A stretch of 49,788 bases of DNA from contig JAZQOV010000009.1 of the NCBI GenBank assembly GCA_045628045.1, positions 1 through 49,788 of the forward strand, read 5' to 3'. Of this stretch, positions 9,072-19,975 are shown one piece after another (positions within the stretch are counted from its first letter, which is position 1; every line of letters begins with the position of its first letter). The translations under genes were made by a program, and so were the position numbers. The notes below the pieces were generated by a model. That model had not been told where the DNA came from. It saw only the letters and a list, made by a program, of their open reading frames with translations, and did not search any database. This DNA comes from Bacilli bacterium (GTDB taxonomy: Bacteria; Bacillota_I; Bacilli_A; RFN20; CAG-826).

Positions 9072-10250
9072 TTATTTAAGAATTTCAGTAACTGAACCTG
9101 AACCAACGGTACGGCCACCTTCACGAATTGAGAACTTAGTTCCCTTTTCAATTGCGACTGGGTGGATTAATTCGACTGTTAATTCAACGTTATCACCTGG
9201 CATAACCATATCGGTTCCTGCTGGGAGTGTGATAACACCAGTAATATCAGTTGTACGGAAATAGAATTGTGGACGGTAGTTGCTTAAGAAAGCTGTATGA
9301 CGGCCACCTTCTTCTTTCTTTAAAACGTAGACTGAAGCTGTGAATTTTGTGTGTGGAATGATTGATCCTGGTTTTGCAAGGACTTGTCCACGGACAACTT
9401 GGTCACGGTTGATACCACGTAAGAGGATACCAACGTTATCGCCTGGTTGGACATAATCAAGTGATTTTCTGAACATTTCCATGCCAGTAATGACTGATTT
9501 TTGTGTGTCTTTAATACCAACGATTTCGACTTCGTCGTTCATATTTGCTGTACCACGTTCAACTCTACCAGTGACGACTGTGCCACGACCAGTGATTGTG
9601 ACGACGTCTTCGATTGGGAGAAGGAATGGTTTATCCTTATCGAGTTCTGGAACTGGGATGTATTCATCAACAGCTGCCATTAAATCTTCGATTGGTTTTG
9701 AATCGCCGCCATCAAGTGCGACTTTTGCAGAACCACGGATAACTGGAGTTGTGTCTCCTGGGAAGCCATAGGATGTGAGTAAGTCACGGACTTCCATTTC
9801 AACGATGTCAATGAGTTCTGGGTCATCAACAAGGTCACATTTGTTTAAGAATACGACAATGTATGGAACACCGACTTGTCTTGCGAGAAGAATGTGTTCA
9901 CGAGTTTGTGGCATAACACCATCAGTTGCTGCGACGACAAGGATTGCGCCATCCATTTGTGCGGCACCAGTGATCATGTTTTTAACATAGTCAGCGTGGC
10001 CCGGGCAGTCAACGTGAGCATAGTGTCTTGTTGCTGTTTCGTATTCGATGTGTGCGGTATTAATTGTAATACCACGAGCCTTTTCTTCTGGAGCAGCATC
10101 GATTTGATCGTATGCTTTGGCTACTGCTCCGCCCTTTTTAGCAAGGACTGTTGTGATAGCAGCTGTTAAAGTGGTTTTACCATGGTCAACGTGGCCAATG
10201 GTACCAATGTTTAAGTGAGTTTTGCTTCTATCAAATTTCTCTTTTGCCAT
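9072..10250 (-). CDS. tuf: Elongation factor Tu
   Basis: [33 protein letters not shown]. Confidence 0.99.
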   Translation of the reverse strand: MAKEKFDRSKTHLNIGTIGHVDHGKTTLTAAITTVLAKKGGAVAKAYDQIDAAPEEKARGITINTAHIEYETATRHYAHVDCPGHADYVKNMITGAAQMDGAILVVAATDGVMPQTREHILLARQVGVPYIVVFLNKCDLVDDPELIDIVEMEVRDLLTSYGFPGDTTPVIRGSAKVALDGGDSKPIEDLMAAVDEYIPVPELDKDKPFLLPIEDVVTITGRGTVVTGRVERGTANMNDEVEIVGIKDTQKSVITGMEMFRKSLDYVQPGDNVGILLRGINRDQVVRGQVLAKPGSIIPHTKFTASVYVLKKEEGGRHTAFLSNYRPQFYFRTTDITGVITLPAGTDMVMPGDNVELTVELIHPVAIEKGTKFSIREGGRTVGSGSVTEILK

Positions 10251-10345
10251 TTGAATTTTCCTCCTTAAGGTTAGATTTCGTAAAATTCAACGAAACTATA
10301 ATAAATGAATTTATAACCTAAATCAATACAAATGTATTAATTTGA

Positions 10346-12424
10346 TTAACGATTTGACATGCCAGATTTCTTAATAATTTCATCTTGGACATATCTTGGA
10401 CATTCTCCATAATGGGAGAATTGCATTGTGTAGTTACCACGGCCTTGTGTGAATGAACGAAGGTCTGTAACGTAACCGAACATTTCTGATAATGGAACTT
10501 CAGCTTCAACGATCTTAGCGTTTCCACGTTGAGTTTCACCAGTCATATTACCACGTCTACGGGTAATATCTCCGATGACATCACCATAATATTGTTCTGG
10601 AACTGTAACTTCAATTTTCATGATTGGTTCAAGAATAACTGGGTTACATTTCTTTGCAGCTTCCTTAAGTGCTAAGGATGCAGCAACTTTATAAGCAGCT
10701 TCGGATGAGTCGACATCGTGTGATGAACCATCAAACAATGTTGCTTTGATATCGATTGCTTGGAATCCGGCAACTAAACCTCTTCTCATTGCATCGACAA
10801 GACCATCTTGAGTTGGCTTAATAAATTCTCTTGGAACTGATCCGCCGACAACAGCGTCAACGAATTCAAATCCTTTGCCTGGGTTTGGTTCGAAACGAAC
10901 CCAAACGTGACCATATTGACCATGACCACCAGATTGTTTAATGTACTTACCTTCACATTCAGCAGATGCACGGATTGTTTCCTTGTATCCAACTTGTGGA
11001 GCACCGACATTAACTTCAACCTTGAATTCACGGCGAAGTCTATCAACTAAGACATCAAGGTGTAATTCACCAACACCAGCGATAATGGTTTGACCAGTTT
11101 CTTGGTTTGTGTGAACTTTGAATGTTGGGTCTTCTTCTGCAAGTTTTGCTAAAGCAATACCCATCTTTTCTTGGTCTGCTTTGGTCTTTGGTTCAACAGC
11201 TTCTTCGATAACTGGTTCTGGGAATTCCATTCTTTCAAGAATGACAGGATGTTTTTCATCACAGAGAGTATCACCAGTAGTTGTATCCTTTAAACCAACA
11301 ACAGCACCGATGTCACCAGCGTGTAATGCGTCAACTTCTTCACGGTGGTTCGAGTGCATAAGAACGACACGAGCGATACGTTCTTTTGCATCTTTAATAG
11401 AGTTGAGGACGTATGAACCTGATGTGAGGACGCCGCTATAAACACGGACGTAAGCTAAACGACCAATGAATGGGTCGGTAGCAATCTTGAATGCAAGAGC
11501 AACAAGTGGTTCATTATCATCGGCTTTAGCGTGGAATTCGCTGCCATCTGGTAATTCACCTTTTGCTGGTGCAATATCAATTGGGCTTGGGAGGTAATCA
11601 ACAACACCATCAAGGAGTGGTTGAACACCTTTGTTTTTGTAAGCAGATCCACAGAAAACTGGGAAGAATTCACCAGTAAGAACTGCTTTACGAATTGTGG
11701 CCTTAATCATGTCAACTGGGACATCTTGTCCGTCAAGGACAAGCATCATAAGGTCATCATCAAATGCTGCAAGAGCTTCGAGAAGTTTTTGACGAAGTTC
11801 TTCAACTTTTGCCTTATATTCTTCAGGAACTGCTTCTTCTTTTGGTGCTTCATCAACGTTGTCTGAGTAAACCCAAGCTTTACGTTCAATGATATCAATA
11901 ACACCTTTAAGTGTTGATTCAATTCCAATAGGATATTGGACTGCTGCAGCATTTGCTGCAAGTCTTTCATGAAGTGAGTTAACACTCATTTCAAAGTCAG
12001 CGCCGATAGCATCGAGTTTGTTGACAAAGACGATACGTGGAACGCCGTATTTTGAACCTTGTCTCCAAACAGTTTCTGTTTGTGGTTCAACACCATTTTT
12101 TCCATCAAGGACGGTAACAGCACCATCTAAGACACGAAGTGAACGTTCAACTTCAACAGTGAAGTCGACGTGCCCCGGGGTGTCAATGATGTTAATTCTG
12201 TGGCCCTTCCATTGTGCTGTGGTAGCAGCTGAGGTAATGGTAATACCTCTTTCTTGTTCTTGTTCCATCCAGTCCATTGTTGCGGCACCTTCGTGTGTCT
12301 CACCAATTTTGTGGATTTTCCCTGTGAAGTAAAGAATACGTTCAGTTGTTGTAGTTTTACCGGCATCGATGTGAGCCATGATACCGATGTTGCGGGTATG
12401 TGCTAAATCAAATTGACGTGCCAT
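10346..12424 (-). CDS. fusA: Elongation factor G
   Basis: [27 protein letters not shown]; 692 aa; follows rpsG. Confidence 0.99.
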   Translation of the reverse strand: MARQFDLAHTRNIGIMAHIDAGKTTTTERILYFTGKIHKIGETHEGAATMDWMEQEQERGITITSAATTAQWKGHRINIIDTPGHVDFTVEVERSLRVLDGAVTVLDGKNGVEPQTETVWRQGSKYGVPRIVFVNKLDAIGADFEMSVNSLHERLAANAAAVQYPIGIESTLKGVIDIIERKAWVYSDNVDEAPKEEAVPEEYKAKVEELRQKLLEALAAFDDDLMMLVLDGQDVPVDMIKATIRKAVLTGEFFPVFCGSAYKNKGVQPLLDGVVDYLPSPIDIAPAKGELPDGSEFHAKADDNEPLVALAFKIATDPFIGRLAYVRVYSGVLTSGSYVLNSIKDAKERIARVVLMHSNHREEVDALHAGDIGAVVGLKDTTTGDTLCDEKHPVILERMEFPEPVIEEAVEPKTKADQEKMGIALAKLAEEDPTFKVHTNQETGQTIIAGVGELHLDVLVDRLRREFKVEVNVGAPQVGYKETIRASAECEGKYIKQSGGHGQYGHVWVRFEPNPGKGFEFVDAVVGGSVPREFIKPTQDGLVDAMRRGLVAGFQAIDIKATLFDGSSHDVDSSEAAYKVAASLALKEAAKKCNPVILEPIMKIEVTVPEQYYGDVIGDITRRRGNMTGETQRGNAKIVEAEVPLSEMFGYVTDLRSFTQGRGNYTMQFSHYGECPRYVQDEIIKKSGMSNR

Positions 12425-12438
12425 ATTTTAATCCCCCA

Positions 12439-12909
12439 TTACCAACGGTAATGTGCATAAGCCTTATTAGCTTCTGCCATTTTGTGAACATCTTCTCTTT
12501 TCTTAACTGAAGCACCGGTACCGTTTGCGGCATCGATAATTTCAGCTGCGAGTTTATCTTCCATTGATTTCTCGTTTCTTAAACGAGCATAAGTAACTAA
12601 CCAACGAAGTCCTAAAGTAACTTTACGTTCTGCTGAAACTTCAACAGGGACTTGATAGTTAGCTGCGCCAATACGACGAACTTTAAGTTCAACTTCTGGC
12701 ATAATGTTATTAATTGCGGTTGCAAAGACATCCATTGCTGGTTTACCAGACTTTTCTTCAATCTTCTTGAAGGCGTTATAAAGAATGGTTTGAGCAGTGC
12801 CTCTTTTACCGTCTAACATAATTCTATTAATTAATGCTGTGACTAATTTTGAATTATATATTGGATCTGGCAAAACTTCGCGTTTTGCAACTTTACCTTT
12901 TCTTGGCAT
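12439..12909 (-). CDS. rpsG: 30S ribosomal protein S7
   Basis: MPRKG...PDPIYNS...[15 protein letters not shown]. Confidence 0.99.
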   Translation of the reverse strand: MPRKGKVAKREVLPDPIYNSKLVTALINRIMLDGKRGTAQTILYNAFKKIEEKSGKPAMDVFATAINNIMPEVELKVRRIGAANYQVPVEVSAERKVTLGLRWLVTYARLRNEKSMEDKLAAEIIDAANGTGASVKKREDVHKMAEANKAYAHYRW

Positions 12910-12934
12910 GTTTTATTTCTCCTTTCTTATATAA

Positions 12935-13354
12935 CTATTCGGCTTTCTTTGGTTTCTTGGTGCCGTATAAGCTTCTGCCTTGACGACGAGCTTCAATACC
13001 TGCACAGTCAAGAGTGCCACGAACGATGTGATAACGAACACCTGGTAAATCTTTTACACGGCCACCACGGATAATAACTGTGGAGTGCTCTTGTAAGTTG
13101 TGTCCTTCACCGCCGATGTATGCTGTGACTTCATATCCATTGGATAAGCGTACACGAGCGTATTTACGTAACGCTGAGTTTGGTTTCTTTGGTGTCATTG
13201 TTCCGACACGGGTACAAACTCCACGTTTTTGTGCGGATGGTTGATCGCTATTTGTAGATTTTAATGAATTCCATCTCTTTCCAAGTGCTGGTGATTTGGA
13301 CTTCTTTTCTGCTCTACTACGACCTTGTTTGACTAATTGGTTAATAGTTGGCAT
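12935..13354 (-). CDS. rpsL: 30S ribosomal protein S12
   Basis: [28 protein letters not shown]; start at 13354 after AGGAGG. Confidence 0.99.
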   Translation of the reverse strand: MPTINQLVKQGRSRAEKKSKSPALGKRWNSLKSTNSDQPSAQKRGVCTRVGTMTPKKPNSALRKYARVRLSNGYEVTAYIGGEGHNLQEHSTVIIRGGRVKDLPGVRYHIVRGTLDCAGIEARRQGRSLYGTKKPKKAE

Positions 13355-13384
13355 TGACTGTCCTCCTTTCAATGTTTCTATCTA

Positions 13385-13455
13385 GATGCACACATTCTCC
13401 GGTGTACCATACTCCCGGTAAATATATAGACCCACTTGGGCCTACTTTGTGCGTG
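13385..13455 (-). promoter_or_regulatory. Structured rpsL 5' leader (possible autoregulatory RNA)
   Basis: GC-richer ~100-nt UTR with stems GGCCCA/TGGGTC, CCGG..CCGG and GCACA/TGTGC. Confidence 0.4.
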
Positions 13456-13460
13456 ACAAA

Positions 13461-13489
13461 AGTATAATACACATGTGTATGCGTTGCAA
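13461..13489 (-). promoter_or_regulatory. sigma-70/SigA promoter of the rpsL operon
   Basis: TTGCAA-17 bp-TATACT. Confidence 0.75.
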
Positions 13490-13512
13490 TACTTTTTATA
13501 AATAAATTTAAA

Positions 13513-15030
13513 TTATCGCTTTGTAATCTTAATTGTTGCTTCTCTAAAATTGATCTGTTCGATCGAAATTATGTAGTTAGCAAGACGACCACCGTTCATT
13601 TCTAATGAACGAATCTCATCACCTTTGTGATATAAATGCTCATCACTTGCAGGGCCTTCAATAGCTGCATTGTAATGATTGTAAATTAATTCATATAAGT
13701 AGTTTTTAGTGGTACTTCCATTAAAAGTTTTAGAGTAAGTTTTATTGTCACGAATGTAATCGATTTTGGTTGTTCTTGGATTATATCCGCCAGCGTCACA
13801 GGAAGCTAAAATGTTAGTTTTATTATAATAACCAAGTGTTGCATCAACGTGATAAAGTTTAACTCCTGGGATTTCAGGTAACTTAGTTTTATCGTTACCA
13901 TAAACAACGTCAAAAGTATTTAATCCTGTTGGAGTGTAAAACTCGAGTAAATAATATTCATCAAAGACGGAGCCGTTCCAGTTATCATTTAGTAAAATGA
14001 TATCACCTTTATTTGTGAGTGAAGAGATTGTAAGTTCGCAAGTATCTGTAACATGAATTGGTCTTACCCAATTGAGCATCATTTTGCTTAATGCAGTGTG
14101 ATCTCCAACAAGGCTATCCATCATATCAATACAACCAACTGGTTCAATAATTTTGGATTCTTCATCACCACTTTTTTCAGTTGGATAATAGTCATTAAGA
14201 CCTAAAAGATGGCCTGTTTCATGTATAAATACATGAGCATCTGGTTTTTCATTTACAATATTTAAGCTATGGTAAGAAGACCATGAAAGAGGAACATCTT
14301 GGAAAGTAAAGTTCCAGAAAATAGATGTTTGACTCTTGTTGTTATCGGTTGGGAAATCGTAAACAAGATAAAGTGGAACATCGTTATAAGTACTACTTTC
14401 AGGATCAAGTTTAAATGAATCAATGTCGTCATAATGGGTCATATAATCTTCGATTATTTCATCATAATAATCACAAATTGTATTTCTCATATCAACGTCG
14501 TTTCCGCTTCTAGTTAAAAGTGTTTCAACTGACATTGGAAATTCATAAACGTATTCACTAACTTTGCCACTTAATCTAAGTTTGCCATAACTTGAAACGT
14601 TGTAATATTGAGAAACAGAAACAAAATTGTTATTTTTGCTTGTACCAAAGAATGCTTTGTTTAAGTTCTTTACATATTGAGCTTCAGGGCAAATTTCGTA
14701 TTTAATTTTGTAATCTGGGAAATCCACTGGAATGACAAGAATTTTTTGGTCGCCTTCGGCGGGCATAATCTTTTTCCTGCTATTTTTGGTCATTACGTTA
14801 TAAAAAGAACCAAGGTTTACAAGATTTCCAGATTCGTCTTTTGCACTATAATCAGCGAAATTTCCTTTTCTTAACGCTGCACCATCTGCGAAGATTTCAT
14901 CTTCGTGAGCATCGCTAACTTCTTCAATAAAGTTATAACGAATGAATGGATGTCTATCTTTACAACCTGCAACACAAAAAACTGTGCCTACAAGTGCGCT
15001 AATAAGAAGAAAATTTCTTTTGAAATTCAT
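13513..15030 (-). CDS. M6 family (immune inhibitor A-like) zinc metalloprotease, lipoprotein
   Basis: KILVIPVDFPD, YYNVSSYGKL, HETGHLLGLNDYY, DMMD Met-turn; lipobox VAGC; start at MNFKR (15030). Confidence 0.88.
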   Translation of the reverse strand: MNFKRNFLLISALVGTVFCVAGCKDRHPFIRYNFIEEVSDAHEDEIFADGAALRKGNFADYSAKDESGNLVNLGSFYNVMTKNSRKKIMPAEGDQKILVIPVDFPDYKIKYEICPEAQYVKNLNKAFFGTSKNNNFVSVSQYYNVSSYGKLRLSGKVSEYVYEFPMSVETLLTRSGNDVDMRNTICDYYDEIIEDYMTHYDDIDSFKLDPESSTYNDVPLYLVYDFPTDNNKSQTSIFWNFTFQDVPLSWSSYHSLNIVNEKPDAHVFIHETGHLLGLNDYYPTEKSGDEESKIIEPVGCIDMMDSLVGDHTALSKMMLNWVRPIHVTDTCELTISSLTNKGDIILLNDNWNGSVFDEYYLLEFYTPTGLNTFDVVYGNDKTKLPEIPGVKLYHVDATLGYYNKTNILASCDAGGYNPRTTKIDYIRDNKTYSKTFNGSTTKNYLYELIYNHYNAAIEGPASDEHLYHKGDEIRSLEMNGGRLANYIISIEQINFREATIKITKR

Positions 15031-15035
15031 ACCAC

Positions 15036-15065
15036 TATTATACATAAAAATTCCAAAAGAAAAAG
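15036..15065. repeat. 30-bp direct repeat, copy 1 (flanks the LRR gene)
   Basis: tattatacataaaaattccaaaagaaaaag; 28/30 identical to 16039-16068. Confidence 0.85.
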
Positions 15066-15072
15066 CATATTA

Positions 15073-15984
15073 TCAATTATAATGGTAACCCCAAACAACA
15101 GGACAAAATAAAGACCATGAATTAGACCAAGTTGATGGTCTATATGATGCTTCACAATAAATAGTTAAGGAAGAGCAGCCTTCAAAGGCACTACCTCCAA
15201 TACTAGTAACAGAATCTGGAATAACAATTGATGTTAGAGATGAGCAATACATAAAAGCACAATAATCAATGAAAGTTACTGATCTTGGAATGTTAATAGA
15301 AATTAAGGATGAGCAATATCCAAAAGCAGCGCTTCCAATACAAGTAACAGAATCTGGAATAACAATTGATGTTAGAGATGAGCAATGATCAAAAGTACCA
15401 TTTCCAATAGAAGTAACAAAGTTTGGAATGTTAATTGAGTTTAAGTACGAGCAATTGCAAAATGCATAATCCCCAATACTATTAACAGTATTTGGAAGGA
15501 CAACTGATGTTAGGGATGAGCAATATCCAAAAGCAAAGTTTCCAATACTAGTAACAGAATATGGAATAACAATTGATGTTAGAGATGAGCAATGATCAAA
15601 AGTACCATTTCCAATAGAAGTAACAAAGTTTGGAATGTTAATTGAGTTTAAGTACGAGCAATTGCAAAACGCATGATCCCCAATACTATTAACAGTATTT
15701 GGAAGGACAACTGAAAGAAGAATACAACGACTAAATCCAGACTCTTCGATTTCAGTTACCTTTTTACCATTGTATTCTGATGGAATTTTTATGTTATGAA
15801 TAGAGTACTTTTTTTCTTCTTTTACTTTTACACTGTAATGCCCATCATCATGTAATGTAAAAATAAGGTTATCAATACTATCATATTCAATATTTCCGCT
15901 TGTTTCATTACTTTTAATAAAATCCAAATTGAAACATGAACAAAGCATAAATGGAAGAACAAATAATAATCTTTTCAGTTTCAT
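15073..15984 (-). CDS. BspA-type leucine-rich repeat (LRR_5) lipoprotein
   Basis: Lipobox LCSC; ~9 repeats of 23 aa (LTSIVIPDSVTSIG..AF..CSS); C-terminal cap IYCEA...W...W. Confidence 0.92.
   Translation of the reverse strand: MKLKRLLFVLPFMLCSCFNLDFIKSNETSGNIEYDSIDNLIFTLHDDGHYSVKVKEEKKYSIHNIKIPSEYNGKKVTEIEESGFSRCILLSVVLPNTVNSIGDHAFCNCSYLNSINIPNFVTSIGNGTFDHCSSLTSIVIPYSVTSIGNFAFGYCSSLTSVVLPNTVNSIGDYAFCNCSYLNSINIPNFVTSIGNGTFDHCSSLTSIVIPDSVTCIGSAAFGYCSSLISINIPRSVTFIDYCAFMYCSSLTSIVIPDSVTSIGGSAFEGCSSLTIYCEASYRPSTWSNSWSLFCPVVWGYHYN
15307..15714. repeat. Near-identical 207-bp tandem duplication (3 LRR units) inside the LRR gene
   Basis: For example attaacagtatttggaaggacaactga occurs at 15481 and 15688; the protein repeats SVVLPNTVNSIGD...FGYCSSL twice. 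Confidence 0.9.
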
Positions 15985-16038
15985 AATGGCTTTTCTCTTA
16001 ATAAAATTAAATGTTGGTTTTTTATCTCGTTCTTACCT

Positions 16039-16068
16039 TATTATACATTAAAAATCCAAAAGAAAAAG
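16039..16068. repeat. 30-bp direct repeat, copy 2 (overlaps the rpoC terminator tail, contains TATAAT on the minus strand)
   Basis: tattatacattaaaaatccaaaagaaaaag. Confidence 0.85.
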
Positions 16069-16094
16069 GTTGTCGTTAATTTTCGACAACCTTT
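16058..16094 (-). terminator. Intrinsic terminator of rpoC
   Basis: AAAGGTTGTCG-loop-CGACAACCTTT followed by TTCTTTT. Confidence 0.9.
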
Positions 16095-16102
16095 AAGAAA
16101 TT

Positions 16103-19100
16103 TTATTCGAGATCTTCTGGACGATCGTGAACTTCAACGTATTGATGTTTGACTTGTTTCATCTTGTCTCTAACAGTAAAGTTAGCGAGTGATTCTTCAG
16201 CCTCTTCTGGAGTTAATAAACCAGAACCTGCTGGAATAAGTTTACCAACAATAACGTTTTCTTTTAGACCATGCAATGCATCGGTCTTTTCTTTAGTTGA
16301 AGCATCGGTAAGAACTCTTGTTGTTTCTTGGAATGATGCTGCAGAGAGGAATGATTTTGTCTCAAGAGCAGCTTTGGTAATACCTAAGATAAGTTGATGT
16401 GCAACTGCTGGGCGTTTGCCAGAGAAGAGAGCTTCTTGGTTACGTTCTGTGAACTCTTCAATATCAAGACGAGTTCCAGGAACCATGTCAGTATCTCCTG
16501 AATCGACAATAACAACCTTTTTAAGCATTTGCTTAATGATAACTTCAATGTGCTTATCGCTAATACCAATACCTTGGGCACGGTAAACCTTTTGAATTTC
16601 CTTTAAGATGTAGTTTTCAACACGAGTGTTGTCACTAACTTCAAGAAGAGCCTTAGGAGCAATAGCACCTTCGGTGAGTTTACCACCGTTTCTAACTTCA
16701 TCACCAACTTTAACTCTTAAGTGAGCGCCATAAAGTGATGTGTACTCTTTTTCTTCAAGATCGTTCTTAACTGAAATTGTGTATTTACCACCATTTTCTT
16801 CGATCTTGGTAACTTTACCAGAAATTTCAGAAATAAGAGCTTCACCTTTTGGATTACGTGCTTCCACGAGTTCTTGAACTCTTGGAAGACCTTGAGTAAT
16901 ATCGCTACCAGCAACACCACCAGTGTTGAATGTACGCATTGTTAACTGTGTACCTGGTTCACCAATAGATTGTGCAGCCATAATACCAACTGCTTCGCCC
17001 TTCTTAACGAGTTCGCCTGTAGCAAGGTTTTTACCATAACAATGGACACAAACACCATTCTTGGTTTCACATCCAAATAATGATCTAATTTCAACTTCCT
17101 TAATACCTGCGTTTACGATTGCTTTTGCATCGGCTTCGCTAATAAGTGTGTTAGCTGGAACAATGACTTCTCCTGTTGTTGGATTTACAATCTCACGAAG
17201 TGAGAATCTACCAGAGAGTCTATCTTCAAGTGGGACGATGACTGCGTCTTTTGCAGTATCACGAATCTCATAAACAACAAATCCGTGGTCTGTATGACAA
17301 TCATCTTCTCTAACGATAACGTCTTGTGAAACGTCAACAAGACGACGTGTTAAGTAACCTGAGTCAGCAGTCTTTAAAGCTGTATCAGCACCACCCTTAC
17401 GGGCACCGTGAGTTGCAATAAAGAACTCAGAAACAGAAGCACCTTCACGGAAACATGATTTAACTGGGGTTTCAATAGCTTCGCCTTTAGGATTAGACAT
17501 AAGACCACGAACACCTGATAATTGAAGAACGTTAGAGATGTTTCCACGTGCACCTGAATCAGACATCATGAAGATTGGGTTACGTTTATCAGCATTGAAT
17601 TGAACTTCAAGCTTATCTTGGGCTTCTTGTCTAACGTCTGTCCAAATATTAACAATTTCCTTATGGTGTTCTTCTTCTGTAAGAAGACCTTTTTCATAGA
17701 GTTTGTTGATTTGGAGAACTTCGACATCACCACGCTTAATGATTTCGTCTTTGCCTTTAAGCATTGGAATATCACTAAGTGAGATTGTGAAGCCTGCGAC
17801 TGTAGAATACTTAAATCCTTGGTCTTTGATTTTATCAAGAACTGCGGATGTCTTAGAAGTTCCATAACGGTGATAGATTTCGTTAATAATATTACCGAGA
17901 TCTTTCTTCTTCATTGGTTTATGAAGTGGTAATTTATGGATGTATTCTTGGATATTTGTTCCCATCGGAACAAAGTATTCTGGCATATCATGTTTAAGAT
18001 TCTCTTTAGAAGAATCGTTAAGATATGGGAATTCTGCTGGGAAAATAAGGTTGAAGATGACTTTACCAACTGTAGTGATTAAGTAGGACTTATTCATTTC
18101 TTCGGTAAATCCAGTCTTCTTTAAGGCAGCACCTTTAATTGCAATACGTGTGTGTAAATGTGCTTGCTTTGTTTGGTAAGCAACAATGACTTCATCAACA
18201 GATTTGAAGACTTTACCTTCGGTATTGCCATAAGTTGTGAAGAGTTCGTACTCTTCCATGTCGCCTCTTGCTTTTCTTCTACCTGCACGTGCAAGTAAGT
18301 CTTCCTTGGTTTCTTCAAGAGTGAGGTAATAGTTACCTAAAACCATGTCTTGGGATGGTGTAACGATTGGTTTACCATCTTTAGGACCAAGAATGTTATT
18401 TGATGCAAGCATCAAATTAAGAGCTTCTTGTTGTGCTGCTTTAGAAAGTGGAAGGTGGACAGCCATTTGGTCACCATCGAAGTCAGCGTTAAATCCAGTA
18501 CAAACAAGCGGGTGAAGTCTAATGGCTCTACCATCAACAAGTTTTGGTTGGAATGCTTGGATACCAAGACGGTGAAGTGTAGGAGCACGGTTAAGAAGAA
18601 CTGGGTGATCGCTAATAATCTCTTCGACAATGTCAAATACGATTGGTTCACGAGCATCGATAATTCTATCTGCAGCCTTATGTGCGCTTACGTGTCCACG
18701 TTTAATTAATAGATTAGCAATGTAAGGACGTAAGAGTTGGATAGCCATTTCTCTTGGAAGTCCACATTGATACATCTTTAGATCTGGTCCAACAGCAATA
18801 ACTGAACGGCCTGAGTAGTCAACACGTTTACCAAGGAGGTTTTGTCTAAAACGACCTTGTTTACCCTTTAAGCTAGAGCTTAAGGATTTAAGTGGACGAC
18901 CACTTGGACCTTGAACAGGTTTATTTCTACGACCGTTATCGATTAATGCGTCAACTGCTTCTTGAAGCATACGACGAGCGTTCATTAAGATGACACTTGG
19001 TGAATTAAGGTCAATGAACTTTTTAAGACGTGTGTTTCTGTTAATGACTCTACGATAAAGTTCATTTAAGTCACTTGCAGCGAAACGTCCACCGTCGAGT

Positions 19101-19960
19101 TGAAGCATTGGACGTAAATCAGGTGGTATAACTGGAAGAACATCTAAGACCATCCATTCTGGTTTATTGCCAGATTGTCTGAAGGCTTGAATAACTTCGA
19201 GTCTCTTAATGGCTTTTGAACGTTTTTGACCAGTAGAAGTTTTAACTTCTTCTGCTACCTTGGCGAATTCTTCGTCAAGTTTGACTTCTTTAAGAAGTCT
19301 CTTGATTGCTTCAGCACCTTCACCGAATTCAGCTCCTGTGTATTTGGAGATGAATCTTGAAGTTGTTAAGAAATCAAATGGTTCTTGTGGAAGTGAAAGT
19401 TTTTCGACAATTTCTTGTGCTTTAGAAGCATCTAAGGAATTTGGATCAATCATTGGAGTAATTTCTTGAATTACTGCGATGAAGACCTCACGTGCTGTTT
19501 TTTCATCAAGGAATTCACGATACTTAAGTATTTTTGAATTTCCTGGGTTTAAACAGATATGTGAAACGAAGTAAACTACTTCTTCAAGTTGTTTTGGAGG
19601 GACATCAAGAACAAGTGAGATTCTTGATGGGATACCTTTAAGGTACCAAATGTGGGTACATGGTGAAACAAGTTCAATATGACCCATTCTTTCTCTACGT
19701 GCGTCTTTGGAAATAACTTCGACGCCACATTTTTCACATGTAATACCAGCGTAACGAATCTTTTTGTATTTACCACAATGACATTCGTAGTCCTTGCTAG
19801 GACCGAAGATCTTTTCACAGAAAAGACCTTGCATTTCTGGTTTTTGTGAACGGTAGTTAATAGTTTCAGGTTTTGTAACTTCACCGTGTGACCATTCACG
19901 AATACGATCTGGGGAGGCTAAGCCAACTTTGATACTTGCTAATTTTGATACATCAAACAT
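16103..19960 (-). CDS. rpoC: DNA-directed RNA polymerase beta' subunit
   Basis: [33 protein letters not shown]. Confidence 0.99.
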   Translation of the reverse strand: MFDVSKLASIKVGLASPDRIREWSHGEVTKPETINYRSQKPEMQGLFCEKIFGPSKDYECHCGKYKKIRYAGITCEKCGVEVISKDARRERMGHIELVSPCTHIWYLKGIPSRISLVLDVPPKQLEEVVYFVSHICLNPGNSKILKYREFLDEKTAREVFIAVIQEITPMIDPNSLDASKAQEIVEKLSLPQEPFDFLTTSRFISKYTGAEFGEGAEAIKRLLKEVKLDEEFAKVAEEVKTSTGQKRSKAIKRLEVIQAFRQSGNKPEWMVLDVLPVIPPDLRPMLQLDGGRFAASDLNELYRRVINRNTRLKKFIDLNSPSVILMNARRMLQEAVDALIDNGRRNKPVQGPSGRPLKSLSSSLKGKQGRFRQNLLGKRVDYSGRSVIAVGPDLKMYQCGLPREMAIQLLRPYIANLLIKRGHVSAHKAADRIIDAREPIVFDIVEEIISDHPVLLNRAPTLHRLGIQAFQPKLVDGRAIRLHPLVCTGFNADFDGDQMAVHLPLSKAAQQEALNLMLASNNILGPKDGKPIVTPSQDMVLGNYYLTLEETKEDLLARAGRRKARGDMEEYELFTTYGNTEGKVFKSVDEVIVAYQTKQAHLHTRIAIKGAALKKTGFTEEMNKSYLITTVGKVIFNLIFPAEFPYLNDSSKENLKHDMPEYFVPMGTNIQEYIHKLPLHKPMKKKDLGNIINEIYHRYGTSKTSAVLDKIKDQGFKYSTVAGFTISLSDIPMLKGKDEIIKRGDVEVLQINKLYEKGLLTEEEHHKEIVNIWTDVRQEAQDKLEVQFNADKRNPIFMMSDSGARGNISNVLQLSGVRGLMSNPKGEAIETPVKSCFREGASVSEFFIATHGARKGGADTALKTADSGYLTRRLVDVSQDVIVREDDCHTDHGFVVYEIRDTAKDAVIVPLEDRLSGRFSLREIVNPTTGEVIVPANTLISEADAKAIVNAGIKEVEIRSLFGCETKNGVCVHCYGKNLATGELVKKGEAVGIMAAQSIGEPGTQLTMRTFNTGGVAGSDITQGLPRVQELVEARNPKGEALISEISGKVTKIEENGGKYTISVKNDLEEKEYTSLYGAHLRVKVGDEVRNGGKLTEGAIAPKALLEVSDNTRVENYILKEIQKVYRAQGIGISDKHIEVIIKQMLKKVVIVDSGDTDMVPGTRLDIEEFTERNQEALFSGKRPAVAHQLILGITKAALETKSFLSAASFQETTRVLTDASTKEKTDALHGLKENVIVGKLIPAGSGLLTPEEAEESLANFTVRDKMKQVKHQYVEVHDRPEDLE

Positions 19961-19975
19961 TTTACTTTCCTCCTA

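Noticed and set aside
10251-10345. ncRNA or the 73-aa ORF in the fusA-tuf spacer
   Set aside because: AT-rich spacer with no stable structure; more likely an internal tuf promoter, which I could not define precisely.
12935-13354. Streptomycin-resistance alleles or an unusual insert in S12
   Set aside because: Both key lysines (PKKPNS, RVKDLP) are wild type, and the N-terminal insert is normal for Bacilli/Mollicutes.
15073-15984. LRR duplication as a diversity-generating retroelement TR/VR pair
   Set aside because: No reverse transcriptase is nearby, both copies are in-frame coding repeats, and the differences are not clearly adenine-restricted.
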